A stretch of DNA of 64,000 nucleotides from Setoptus koraiensis. Its lineage: Eukaryota > Animalia > Arthropoda. The stretch covers positions 19,282,001 to 19,346,000 of the forward strand of contig CM106585.1 of the NCBI GenBank assembly GCA_048013815.1, in the 5' to 3' direction. Under the pieces are notes generated by a model. That model had not been told where the DNA came from and ran no database searches. It saw nothing but the letters and a program-made list of their open reading frames with translations. Below are positions 1-11,125 of this stretch, piece after piece; positions within the stretch are counted from its first letter, which is position 1; each line of letters starts with the position of its first letter. Both the position numbers and the translations under genes were made by a program.

Positions 1-877
1 AGAACCAATCTCTCCGATGTGACATTTGTTGACTACATCCACTGTCGCCCCACCATGTATCTTTAGTAGATACATCGTCAGCTCGATAGCACACAGCTTT
101 AAAGGCGAATTCTTTAGGTTTCGAATGATCTGTTGGCTTGCCATTCTTTTCGTCATTTAATCTACATCTGCATTCTTTCCAGAAGTGCCCAGGCTTGTTA
201 CAATAATTACAAGAGCCTTTCTTCTTTGGTTTGTGTCTTCTATCCATATTCTTAGTTGTTGAAACAAAAGCTGCTGAGTCATGCTTCTTGTTTGATTTCG
301 CCCATTGGTCGATGATATATTCTTCGTTAACGAGATATGATAGAAGATTATTGAATGTCTGGTCATCTTTACCTTTAGCATTCCATGCTGAAACCACGTG
401 CTTGTATTTCTCTGTCATGGTGCAGATTGTCTTTGCAATCAATGCTTTATCTGATATTGGCTCTCCAATATCTTTCAACGACTTTGCTAGTGACTGTACT
501 TTGTTGATGTGAGTCTGTATGTTGTCACCATCAATCATCCTGTAGTCATAAAATTTCTGAAATAGTAAGAATACATTCGCCTCAGACTTATGTTCGTGCA
601 TCTGTTCAAGTTTTGCCCATGTCTCCTTGGCTGTATCACAATCTCTTATTTCCTCTATTATGTTCGGCTCTAATGCTGTAGCGATTAGCATTTGTGCATA
701 ATTATCTCTATCGTTCCAGTTGTCGAATGTTGAACTGTCAGGTTCAGGTTTTGGAGTTGTTCCATCTACATACTGCCAAACTCTCTTGGATTTCAGTATC
801 TTAACAATTAAGAATTTCCATGTGCTGAAATCTTCACCATTGAACTTCTTTATGAGAACTAATTTCTCGTCAGCCAT
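1..877 (-). CDS. Copia gag-pol polyprotein N-terminus (gag, CCHC knuckle, aspartic protease), partial
   Basis: Hand translation from ATG at 877 is open for 292 codons to the window edge (absent from the ORF track because there is no stop). Contains KFNGEDFSTWK, AKETWAKLEQMH, the knuckle CNYCNKPGHFWKEC and the protease motif TWWGDSGCSQQMSHRRDWF. Confidence 0.93.
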   Translation of the reverse strand, partial: MADEKLVLIKKFNGEDFSTWKFLIVKILKSKRVWQYVDGTTPKPEPDSSTFDNWNDRDNYAQMLIATALEPNIIEEIRDCDTAKETWAKLEQMHEHKSEANVFLLFQKFYDYRMIDGDNIQTHINKVQSLAKSLKDIGEPISDKALIAKTICTMTEKYKHVVSAWNAKGKDDQTFNNLLSYLVNEEYIIDQWAKSNKKHDSAAFVSTTKNMDRRHKPKKKGSCNYCNKPGHFWKECRCRLNDEKNGKPTDHSKPKEFAFKAVCYRADDVSTKDTWWGDSGCSQQMSHRRDWF

Positions 878-1010
878 TGCTCTTTGTTCGAATGATTCAA
901 CTGGATGCTATCACTCTTATATTTTGTTTGTTTAATTCTTGCGGTTAGTCAAGAAGTAACTTGATACTTAATTATCATTCGCGGTTAGTCGAAATTAATT
1001 AGTTAGCATG

Positions 1011-1023
1011 AGGACCCATAACC
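1011..1023 (-). promoter_or_regulatory. Primer-binding site of copia element
   Basis: GGTTATGGGTCCT directly after the LTR end. It resembles the GGTTATGGGCCC PBS of Drosophila-copia-type elements primed by a tRNA-iMet half molecule (recalled). Confidence 0.75.
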
Positions 1024-1229
1024 TATTGGGGTTTTTGTATTTATTTATATATAAGAGTACAATATAAGTGTATCGATAAAAAAGCGCGTGAGCGACTCTG
1101 CTCAACCTCGACGTAACACAGTTATCAACTTCCGGTTGCTCGCATAACGTGCAACGGGTTAGCGCGCGATAATTCAAAATGATGCGTTGGTGCTCTCTGG
1201 CAGCGTCTACATGTTTGCTATTCTCAACA
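1024..1229 (-). repeat. Putative 5' LTR (~206 bp)
   Basis: Starts TGTTGAG and ends CCAATA immediately before the PBS. Includes a TATA-like stretch and AATAAA. The partner LTR is outside the window, so the outer boundary is inferred. Confidence 0.65.
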
Positions 1230-1328
1230 GCATTTGCCTTCTTGTTCTTCCTGGTTCTGTTGAAGGGGGGGGGCAAGACAATAATTGCTCGATGTTCTTG
1301 ACTGAGGCGATTTCCCGTTTGGGCATTG

Positions 1329-1583
1329 TCAAAAATTCAATGAATAGGTCGCTGCTTCTCTCTCCTCTCTTGCAACTCTTTCCCAATATTGAACAATCTT
1401 CTCTTGGCACCATCTGAGATTGTAGCTGGGCTCCCAGGTGTCTTCATGCCGTCCTACAGGGGCCCAGCACACTAAATAATAAAACTGGTGGTGTCTGTAC
1501 CTTATTTCATGACTCAGTATTTCATGCACAGGGAATCTCCTTGTGGTGACCGCCACCCTTCTGGCAGCACTGGGGCGCACCAT
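1329..1583 (-). CDS. Standalone chromodomain protein, 84 aa
   Basis: FPVHEILSHE...YYLVCWAP...EDTWEPSYNLRWCQEKIVQYW follows the chromo fold pattern. The ATG is in an A-rich AAAATGG context. Confidence 0.75.
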   Translation of the reverse strand: MVRPSAARRVAVTTRRFPVHEILSHEIRYRHHQFYYLVCWAPVGRHEDTWEPSYNLRWCQEKIVQYWERVAREEREAATYSLNF

Positions 1584-1677
1584 TTTTTTTTATCTTAAAT
1601 TATTTTATTTTTTGTATGTATTCGTTGCACTGATAGCATTTGTTGATAGCGATTTAACTAACTAACTTTGCACAAGT

Positions 1678-1678
<1 letters not shown>

Positions 1679-1716
<38 letters not shown>
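1679..1716. repeat. (CT)n microsatellite
   Basis: About 19 CT units. Confidence 0.95.
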
Positions 1717-1719
<3 letters not shown>

Positions 1720-2297
1720 TCTGCCCATCGCCCCTCTCTAGCACACACACAAAAAAAAACGATCATTAGATGACTAACAGACTACTAAAGTGATTATCGG
1801 TAATAGAACGCCAGATAATGACAGAGAATTGTCTTCACTCGGTGCACTATGTTATGTTTAGTGGTAAACAGAAGAGTGGTAAACAGAAACATTATCATAA
1901 AGTATATAACTGTTGCCACTTGTCTTCTGACGGCAGTATTTCGTTAGAATTCGATTCTTGGGCTGACAGGAGGGGTCGTGAGGTATGAGGGTGCGGTGCT
2001 TCGATCGATGCTATTGGCAGTAACTACGCCAAATCTGTCGTCTCCGATCAAGCTGCTAACATGAAGGCAGCAAGAAAACTGTTGTCAGTAGTGATCGGAG
2101 GAGACCGGGAGACCGTTTCCCAAATAGGAGCTCACATCTCACCTCCCGTTTCAATTGATTGGGACAGGGAGAAAAAATCTCCCCCTCCCGTTTCAAATTC
2201 AGGGAGGGAAAGATGGATCTCCCCCAATCACAGCTTGTCAGTGAAGCACATAAACAGTTTATGATAAACTACATACTAATAATAATCGTAAATACTA

Positions 2298-2396
2298 ATC
2301 ATTAGATATTATTATTATTAGATATTATTATTAGATACCATTATTATTAGATATCATTATTATTAGATATTATTATCATTAGATTATTATTAGATT
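2298..2396. repeat. AT-rich minisatellite, ATTATTATTAGAT-like units
   Basis: About 7 imperfect ATT-run plus AGAT units. Confidence 0.85.
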
Positions 2397-3416
2397 ACAG
2401 CTAGTGTACAGATAGAGGCAACACTTGTTGTCGGGAGCAACGAATAAAGACACAAGAGTGATCAATAACAGCGCATGATGATCATTACGCAACGATGCAA
2501 TGTTGCTACGTTTGCCAGTTGTTGTTGGCGCAATGTGCGTATGCAAATCACAATTAGTTATGATTATCATTACTGGCATTGTAGCGATTGTATCTAATGA
2601 TTCAATTGGAATCACTGGATCACTAGTGATTCCGGTGATATCGTACACATGGCCAGCCATATAGGAATAACGGTAGATAACGGCTTGCTCAATTATCCGG
2701 CCCGGTGAGTCACAGTTGGCCCGCAGGTATGTTGTTGCCAATCATAACCAATCGCACATTGAGTGATGTTTGACGGCGTCACCTGTGTCTCTGTTTTGTT
2801 TCCACTGATTGATTTTTGTGTGAGTGTGAGTGAGCGCTGAGAGAGTGTAAAAAAGTAACCAGTCGACACGATGATACCTGGCGGACAGGTGCATCCATTG
2901 GCCAGGTAGGCATCGTCATAGCGCATTCTAAATATATCCGATTCGATCCACTGCAACCCGAAGCGATCCGAGGCGACGCCACAAACGATGCTGTGATGCG
3001 ATCGGCGATAGTGATATATATATAAATAGCCACGTAAAGAGCGCCGAAACAAGTTGCGTTTTGATTTTGATGAAATGCGCGCCGGCCGAGACCATTATTG
3101 AGCCGGGAGGGGGCAGTCGAGGTGGCGTGCATATCGTTTGAGCAAAGCATCGGACGGCGGCGGCATCGGATAGCAAGCGATGGCCAATTGACAAAATCAT
3201 TAGTTGCGAGCGCCATCTCATGATGTTTTATTAGCGTGATTGAATTAATTTGCCATCCGATCTCTGGCAAACTCTTCTTGCCAGAGCTCGTATCTTGTAT
3301 CTCTCATGTCTCATACGCATGGCCGTTGACTCAACGGCGTTGAGCCGTAATGAGTGACTCGCCGGCCGCTCATTTGTTTCATCTCGTCCGGTCGCGTCTC
3401 GGCGCCGCTCCATTCC

Positions 3417-3476
3417 ATGAGATATCGTGTGATTGTGATGCCATTGGCACGGCATCACAATCGCACGATATCGCAT
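3417..3476 (+). ncRNA. Pre-miRNA-sized hairpin candidate
   Basis: 3421-3442 pairs with 3451-3472 (22 bp, one G-U on the plus strand), 8-nt loop, plus 3 outer bp after a mismatch. No match to a miRNA I can recall. Confidence 0.25.
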
Positions 3477-3704
3477 CCGTCCGGCATCAACGTGAGACGC
3501 GACACAACACAAATATCCGCTTCTTGCGGCCCCAATCGGCGAATCGGCGGGCAACAAATTTTTGAAAGAACAATTTTTGTTCTTTGCCGGTCGCCTCTGG
3601 TGCCTGTGGCGGCGCTTGCGATTGCGGCCGCCCGGCCGCCCGTCACCTGTCAGTCGTCAGCTACGTCAGCTGACGGCGGACGGGTACGCCGGTCCGCCCG
3701 GTGA

Positions 3705-3780
3705 TGATACCGTCACCGTGCGACGATGATATCGTCATCTTACGACGGTGATATCGTCGTCGTGCGGTCCTGATATCGTA
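3705..3780. repeat. 22-bp period array of TGATA(T/C)CGT
   Basis: Motif starts at 3705, 3727, 3749 and 3771. Confidence 0.8.
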
Positions 3781-5432
3781 AATATCGTCGTGCAATAAAA
3801 CAACAGCCGGCACTGACGCGGCAGTTCCAGTGCCGGGCAGCCGATGACTCGGAAACGATTATTATTGGCGAGATGCGGCCAATATGTATTCATGTATTAT
3901 GTCATGTTATTATGTCATATCGCTGCTATCATGTGAGCGATAAAATGACAGCAAGCCGATAAAATAACAGCAAGCGCCAGTGGGCAGCAACAAGCAACGG
4001 TCAGTCGTTGTTGCTGGTCGAGCCACAGAGCTACGGCAACAATTAAACAAATTGATTGGCCGGCGATAGTGACAAAAACAAAGTGATAACAGTGCAATGA
4101 AAATAACGCAAGCCAGCGAGTCATATTGTTCGCTTCCGCTAGCCGGTCACCGCTGAGTCAGAGCCTGTGACCGCTGACCGCGCCAGGTGAGTGGGTGGGC
4201 GTCAGCAAGTTGAATGTCGCTCACGCTGATCTCTCCACTCTGATCTCTCTGCACTGATCTCCGGCAGTTGGCGGTGGCCGCGAAACTAGTTCTGGCACCA
4301 ACAACAACAACAGCGACCGCAACCACAATAATACCCACATTCGACCAGCGACAACGGCAACCACAGCGCGGCAACAACCACAACAGAGACAGCAACGACA
4401 CCAACGACAACTGCAACAACGACAACAACAACAGCAACAACGGCAACGACGACACCAACAACAACGACAGCGACAACGATGATGGTACGAGCTGGTTGGC
4501 AAGCTTACAAGTTGCAAGTTACAACCTTGTTAGCTGGGCGCGCTCGGCCGAGCGCGCTGGCCAACAAACGGCGAAAGTTGTTGCGCAAGCCGACCGCTCA
4601 CAAGTTGTGAGTCACAAGTGCAACGGGCCGAGCTTAATTAAATTAATTAATTGATTATTGTTTCTGTTGTCATGTGCCGGCCGCTGGTGCCCGTTACTAT
4701 CTGTTGCATCTGTGTTTGTGTCTCTGCGTATATCTGATCTGATATCTGCATCACTGGCCGTTCGAGAGCGAGCGACAGAGCAAGTGAGAGCGACAGCGAG
4801 CCGACACAAGGTGAGCTGACAACAACAACAACAACAACAGAGCTTTCGGCCCTAGCGAGAGGGTGAGCCTAATCTAAAGTGATGTTAATGACGCAATCAT
4901 CTTTCTTTTGGTTGCCGGCGATGTGGCTAGCGAGAGTGGTGGCGCCACCGTCTCGTCGTGGGCTCATCTCTGTCCATCTCGGCCGGCTAAATTGCTATCA
5001 TCATCGTCTGTGCATCGCTTGGCATGTCGACCAGAGCGGCGGCAGTGGCAACTATGTAACAACTGTGCCCGCTAATATCATAATATCAAAATGACATAAC
5101 GGCCAGGCGAGTCAGGCGAGCCGGGCGAGTCAGGTGAGTGGACTCACCTTTGATTTTGATGTTGATGTTGATGGTGATTTTGATTTGAATATCCAAGCGG
5201 CCGGCCAGCACAGTGGACAGTGCGTTGCGCAACGCACTCGACAAACAACAGGCCCGAGCGAAGTAACGGGATTAACATTTAACATTCAACATTCAGCATT
5301 CAACATTTAACATTTAATTAGTTGAAAAGCGGTGGCCAGTTTAATGCCAAACAAGCACGCTAAGCTCGGCTCGCTATCGCTCAGCTGATGATGACGATAT
5401 TGATATTATGTTTGAGCGACGCCTTGCAAGAC

Positions 5433-5433
<1 letters not shown>

Positions 5434-5518
<85 letters not shown>
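5434..5518. repeat. (GT)n microsatellite
   Basis: About 42 GT units. Confidence 0.97.
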
Positions 5519-5519
<1 letters not shown>

Positions 5520-5907
5520 TCTCATCATGACAAGACATGATGACACACCGGCCAGGCGGAGACAGAGGCCAATCAACGATGGTCAGCGACAGGTGAGTGG
5601 CAGCGGAAAGCGAGTATCATGACGACACGGGCGGCCGCAGTTGGGTCACATCGGCGCCAGCAACCGAGCGGGCAAGCCAACGAACGAGCAACAAGCAACA
5701 AACAAACGACAAACGACAAACAAGCAACAACAAGCAACAACAAACGGTGATGCAGTTGTGTCATTGTTGGCCTGTGCACTTGTCGCCGTCCTTGTTACAA
5801 GGACCTTGTGTCGCCGCTACGTTGGCCAATGCTGCTAATCGGCTAATCTTGGCCCGAGCTCGCCCCCACTGATACCGACTGATTACGACATGCGCCTTCA
5901 CTCATGG

Positions 5908-6008
5908 ACAGCTGACTGTGACATTCCTATCGCAACAGCTGACTGTGACATTAGCATCAAAACAGCTGACTGTGACATTACTATCAAAACAGCTGTGAGT
6001 GTGACATT
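5908..6008. repeat. 27-bp tandem repeat x4 (ACAGCTGACTGTGACATT core)
   Basis: Units start at 5908, 5935, 5962 and 5989. Confidence 0.9.
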
Positions 6009-9000
6009 AAAAACGAGAATGAAAACGAGAATTGTCGCGAAGCAGAGATGAGCTGCTTATACGAGCCGCGTAATGCGCTCTACGATGATAACAAGAGACG
6101 ACGAGCTTGTCAATCTTGATCGATGCTAATCGGCGCTCATTAAAAGCGATCCCGTATTAAAATTAATTTAGAGAAATGCGCTAATCGCGAGCCGCTCTCA
6201 TCGGTGACTGGCAGCAACAGTTGTCGTCATTTTTGTTAATCGGAATTGCGGTCGTTATTGTTGTGGCTGCCATCTCGATAATAACGTATGGCTTCGAAAT
6301 GGACCGAAATCAATTTCAATGTTACCAGCGGCAAGCATCCGGCCAACGGTTCGCCTGTCAGGCGACTGTCGCTGCAGCGACAGGCGAGCAACAACAAATA
6401 GAAACAACAAACAAAAAGCTTGGCAAGACTTGTCGTCGCTGCGCGAGTCAATTCGGCCGACAATTCGGCTGACCATTCGGCTGCCTTTGCGAATGAGCTT
6501 CGTTTGGCCGCTCGCGAGCCATATTGTTTGCTGTTGTTGGCCATTATCTTACAACTGTACAACTGTCAGACTATTGAGCGCAATGTAAACAAACGCTGAC
6601 AAGCGCACATTACCGGTTTCGCTCTCAACGGATTGTGAGTCACAACGGATGCTTGCGTTGCAATGGGCAACATGCTACCCAATGGCATTGCACTGACCGA
6701 TTACGTAAGACGATTCGTTTTAATTAGCGCCGAGCGCCGAGCGCAACATTGAGCAGCGCTGAGTGTCAGCTGATTGTGGAGAGGATTATTATCATTACGA
6801 CACATTACTGTTATCGGGCGCTGTCTGAGCGCTGTTCAGCTCACACAAATACAGTAGAGATACAAATGCTCGCTCGAACGCTGGCTCGAACGCTGGCTAA
6901 TATACGAATCGCATAATACGATATGTATGATACGACATGTATGATACGACATGTATGTGGCTAGTGTTCGAGCATTGAGTGGCATTAAATTAAAATGCAA
7001 TATATTAGTTATTGGGCTAACACGGCAAGTGGCGCAACGAGGGGCACACCAGATAAAGTGAAACGATAGGCCAGAGATTAGCTGTATGAGAGCAGTTTAA
7101 TTTGATTATTGCATAGCGCGCATATTTGATTAGATTCGTTTATCGCCGTGTCTCACTCGTTGTTGCTGTGGTTGTTGTTGTTTCACTTGTCGTTGTCGTT
7201 GCTGTTTCACTTGTCGTTGCTGTCTCACTTGTAGTGGCTGTCGTGCTCGTTGGCGGAGTCTGGCACCACAAGTGCAGCAACAAGTGGTTTGGGGCGACCG
7301 TCACGTTGTGGCCGGCGTGTCACATATCATAAAGCGATCATCGCAGATCGTATCACACGCCCGACCGGTGGCGCCGCGATCTGACACAATCTACACACAA
7401 TGCTGTTCGGGATATCAGTCAGCACTTGTCAGCCACACAATTGACACAATCCAGCCATTACTGTAATCAGTAATTAGTAATTAGTAATTGTCTTAGTGTC
7501 GCACTGTTAGTGACGAGCCAGCTTTTATCGGCGCCTCAGCTTTTATCGGCTGACATGCGCCCATCAGATGGCAGCGCACTGTCGGCATTGTTGACACTGG
7601 CTTATACTGTATTGAATGTATGATGCTTACATACGCTGCGTTAAACAGTCTGTATCAGTCAAATCTGGCTGTTATGTAATGCTCGCACTAGATAATGCTC
7701 AACGACACTTGTGGGCAAAGCTCCATGAGCAGCCGAATTAACGTCGCGACTCGCGATACCTGTCGACTGTGCGGTGCAAATATACAATCAGTGCATCGCA
7801 ATGCGATCGGCCGAGTCGAGCCTTGCGAGCGATACAATTACAAATACACAGACACAGACACAATTGCGGTCACAACGGCCACCATATCGAGTGTTGTTTA
7901 CGACGGCAATTGTTTCGTTTTGGCTATCGTGGTCGTCGTCTCATTGCGCAACCAACTTTCATTGTGCGGCCAACTTGCATTGTATAAGTATGGCGATAAA
8001 CAACCTTTGACTCACAACACCAATTGTGCCAATGTTGGTCATCAATGCGCAAACATCATTTGGTCATTTGGTTCAACCAAATTGGTTTGCGTGTGCTCGT
8101 GCCCACCCAAACCACCATTGTCTACAATCAATTTTATTAGTGGCTCGTCTATTCGCTTACACTTTGTTAGTCGGTGTGTGGGTTAGGTCGGGCCATAACT
8201 CATGGCCCATAAGTCACACCACCGTCCATCGCTCTATTGTTGTTGTTATTTATTTGTTTGTGCGCCAATTGTGCCCAGCTCACCTGGCCGACGGCGGACA
8301 AAAGATGTTTGTATTGCGTCATCGCGCCTCGCGTCGTCTTGCATCACCGTCTCGTATCGTCGTCTCGTATCGCGTCGCGTCGGTCATTTTCGTCGGCGTC
8401 GCGTCGGTCATTTTCGTCGGCGTCGGCGTCTCTTGAGCCGGCCCGACGATAGAAGCGACCCATTGTAGTGGACGCAATCAAGCGCAACACATGATAGACG
8501 AGCATAGACAGGGGCAGTTATTCATTAAGTGGTCAGTTTGTTGTGTTGCATAATAGCTGATAATTAGCGCAACGGCAACAACGCCTTTCTCACGACAATC
8601 AACATCGATTAGGCAAGACGCGCTTGTTGCTGTTGCTGCTGTTGTTGTTGCTGTTGCGACTCACAACTTGTGAGTTTGATTATGCCGTTGTGAGTTTGAT
8701 TGTGCTGTTGACAACGGCGAGCATCGCCGTCAATACTTTCGCTAGCTACAAGCTCGTTTGTTGTGTGTTATTTGCATGTGTGTCAGGTTGCTCGCTTGCA
8801 ATATAAAAGACACAATATAAGAGGATGTTGCATCATGAAAAGAGTTGCCCCATGAAGAGCGGCCGTAATTGTGTGGCCAGTTCATCTACCACCTACTACA
8901 TTTATCAGGTTAATTGAGGAAACAAAATAGCAGTATGAAATGGTGAATCTCACGGCGCGCATACAACCGTCGCATTACAGTTGTATAGCAGCATAAACAA

Positions 9001-11125
9001 ACACAAACATACAAATACAACCGGTGTAAACCGTTGCTAGTCGTCGGGCCGGCTTACGTAACAATCGTCCACCACAAGCTGCTGTTGATTATCAAGCAAT
9101 ATGCATGCTGCTAATAATAATCGGGTAACTGGAGCCGAAAAAATGATAAACACACTTGGTTATAATAATTAGTAGCGCGACCGGTCGATTTGTTAAAAGT
9201 CGCTTCCTTTGCTCGCTCGCTCGCTCGATGCCTTGATACAAAAGAAAAACAAACTTGATACTTGTTGTGCCCAACTCTCTCACTCTCTCCCATTCTGTCC
9301 CACGTTCTCAGCCACGGCCAACGAAACTAACAATAATTGTTGCTGTCTAGACACACTATCACAACATATTCTCTCGTTGTTTTATATTCTTTTCTTCATG
9401 GCAACTGCCTGTTGCTGTTGCTGCCGCTGTTGTTGTTGTTGTTGTCGTGATGATACCTGCCCAGTTAACAGCAAACGTTTCAAATTTAAATTTAAATGAT
9501 AGCGATAATAACACACTGCTTGCTGTGTGCCACTGGCGTTGGGACAGTTCCGACATACAGTATTACGATATTATTGTATAATGACGCCTCTATCGGCGCT
9601 GTTACTGTAACTATCGCAGATATTCAATATAATTTGCAATAATTATTCAACGCTACCACACTTGCTGCTGACCATTCAAATATCATAGTGCACCCCGTTT
9701 ATTAGCAGCACCGGCGGCAGCGGCAGCAGCAGCTATAAAACGGGTTGTTGCAGTCCAGTGAATAATCGATCGACAGTGTGGTTCGGATTAGATCAGAGCT
9801 GGAGATGGTATCGAAACGGGTGGATTAAATTGATTTTCTTTGCCAACTACGCCAGACTCTAGTGACCAGAGTCGTCTCTTCGATAGGCACAACTTTAGGC
9901 TTAAACTTTACACTCAATCGCAGTGGTGTTAATTTATGCATGCCTAATTAGCAGCTCGCATTATACACAACAATCGGGCGATGATAGTGAACGGCGACGG
10001 CAAAAGGTTAACGGGAAATCATATTCCTCTATCTCAAATGATTCATCATTTTTGCATTCTCATGTTATGTAGCTGGCTGTTACATAACATGAGACGAAGC
10101 GAGAAGCGAAAAACAGAACAAAAACACACACACACACACACGACAACAGGTAGACCAGCGGAGACTATTGAATAGGCAGCGGCAATTGAAACTTTTTGCT
10201 GTTGTTGCTGCAGGTGAATTATAAACTGTCCGCTTTAACTACTGCTCCAAGTTAGAGCCTCTAACGATGTCTAGAAGCATCAATTTCAATTAGCTTGTCG
10301 CCGTTGTTCAACAATCAATCTTCGCTCGGTTTTGTCGGCCGTTTTCATGCTCTTTATCATACGACACTGTCGGCAATCGCATTTACTGACGAGGCTGTTG
10401 CCAGCTTTTTGCATCCATGACGACAATTACTGTCGCAGCTATCTATGACTGGCAGAGGTCAACTCGTTGCCACCAGACACAGTAGCAGTGGCGCCAACAG
10501 TGTAGAAGCACCGATAATATCTTCCTCCTAGATGACATAACGACCAATGCACAACAATAACTGAGGCGTAAAAAACATCGGCCAATCATTTTTTTGCCAG
10601 AAACAATTCCTCAATAATTACCTCTCGAACTTTAACTGAAAATTGAATGAAAATCATTGTTCCGTTACCAATGGCTTCTGGCGCTTGTTAGTTGCAACAT
10701 GTAAATATGTTGCGCCACAATCACTTCCTGCCACTTCCTGGCTCAAAAACTCCACCTGACGACGTTCTTTTTTTCCTACACCTGTATTGACCGGCGTCGT
10801 TACGCAACTAACCTTAACTCATGAGACGCTTCACGTTTCCACTCCATTGTGAGTGGACAGAGGATTTATTTGTTGAATTTAGTGCCGTACGCCGAATTGA
10901 CGACCTGACACGACGCTCGACGAGTGCTCTGGTCACGGTCGAAAATAGACAAATTGTATGTATAAATAGAAACAGAGCGAATATTTCACAATCCAGTGCT
11001 ATTACGTCACACACTGGCACTGTTTCCAATCGGCTGATCGGCGATGAGACCATTCGTCTTGGTGGATTACACCTTGAATAAACTACTGCTTTTCTTTGAC
11101 GACAGCAGCACAGATAAACATCAAA

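Larger units (their letters stand above)
1..1229 (-). mobile_element. Ty1/copia LTR retrotransposon, 5' portion (runs off window start)
   Basis: On the minus strand, in order: LTR (TGTTG...CAATA), PBS GGTTATGGGTCC, short leader, then an uninterrupted gag-zinc knuckle-protease ORF. Confidence 0.92.

Noticed and set aside
1329-1583. Chromodomain as the C-terminus of a Ty3/gypsy chromovirus integrase
   Set aside because: No integrase-like coding upstream (AT run and CT microsatellite), and the adjacent element is copia-type and downstream.
2097-2230. GGGAGAC/GTTTCAAATT motifs shared with 23805-23817 and 34467-34512 as a dispersed repeat family
   Set aside because: Matches are only 8-11 bp, which is expected by chance in 64 kb. 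The local 42-bp duplication (2142, 2184) is real but unremarkable.
5437-5622. CVCVCV / HTHTHT ORFs here and at 46737-47164 and 58292-58659
   Set aside because: Translations of GT and heptamer microsatellites.
4147-9556. Many short overlapping ORFs (poly-C/V/L/N/T), including a TTSET mucin-like frame at ~7140-7320
   Set aside because: Explained by triplet and short tandem repeats; no domain, start context or splice support.
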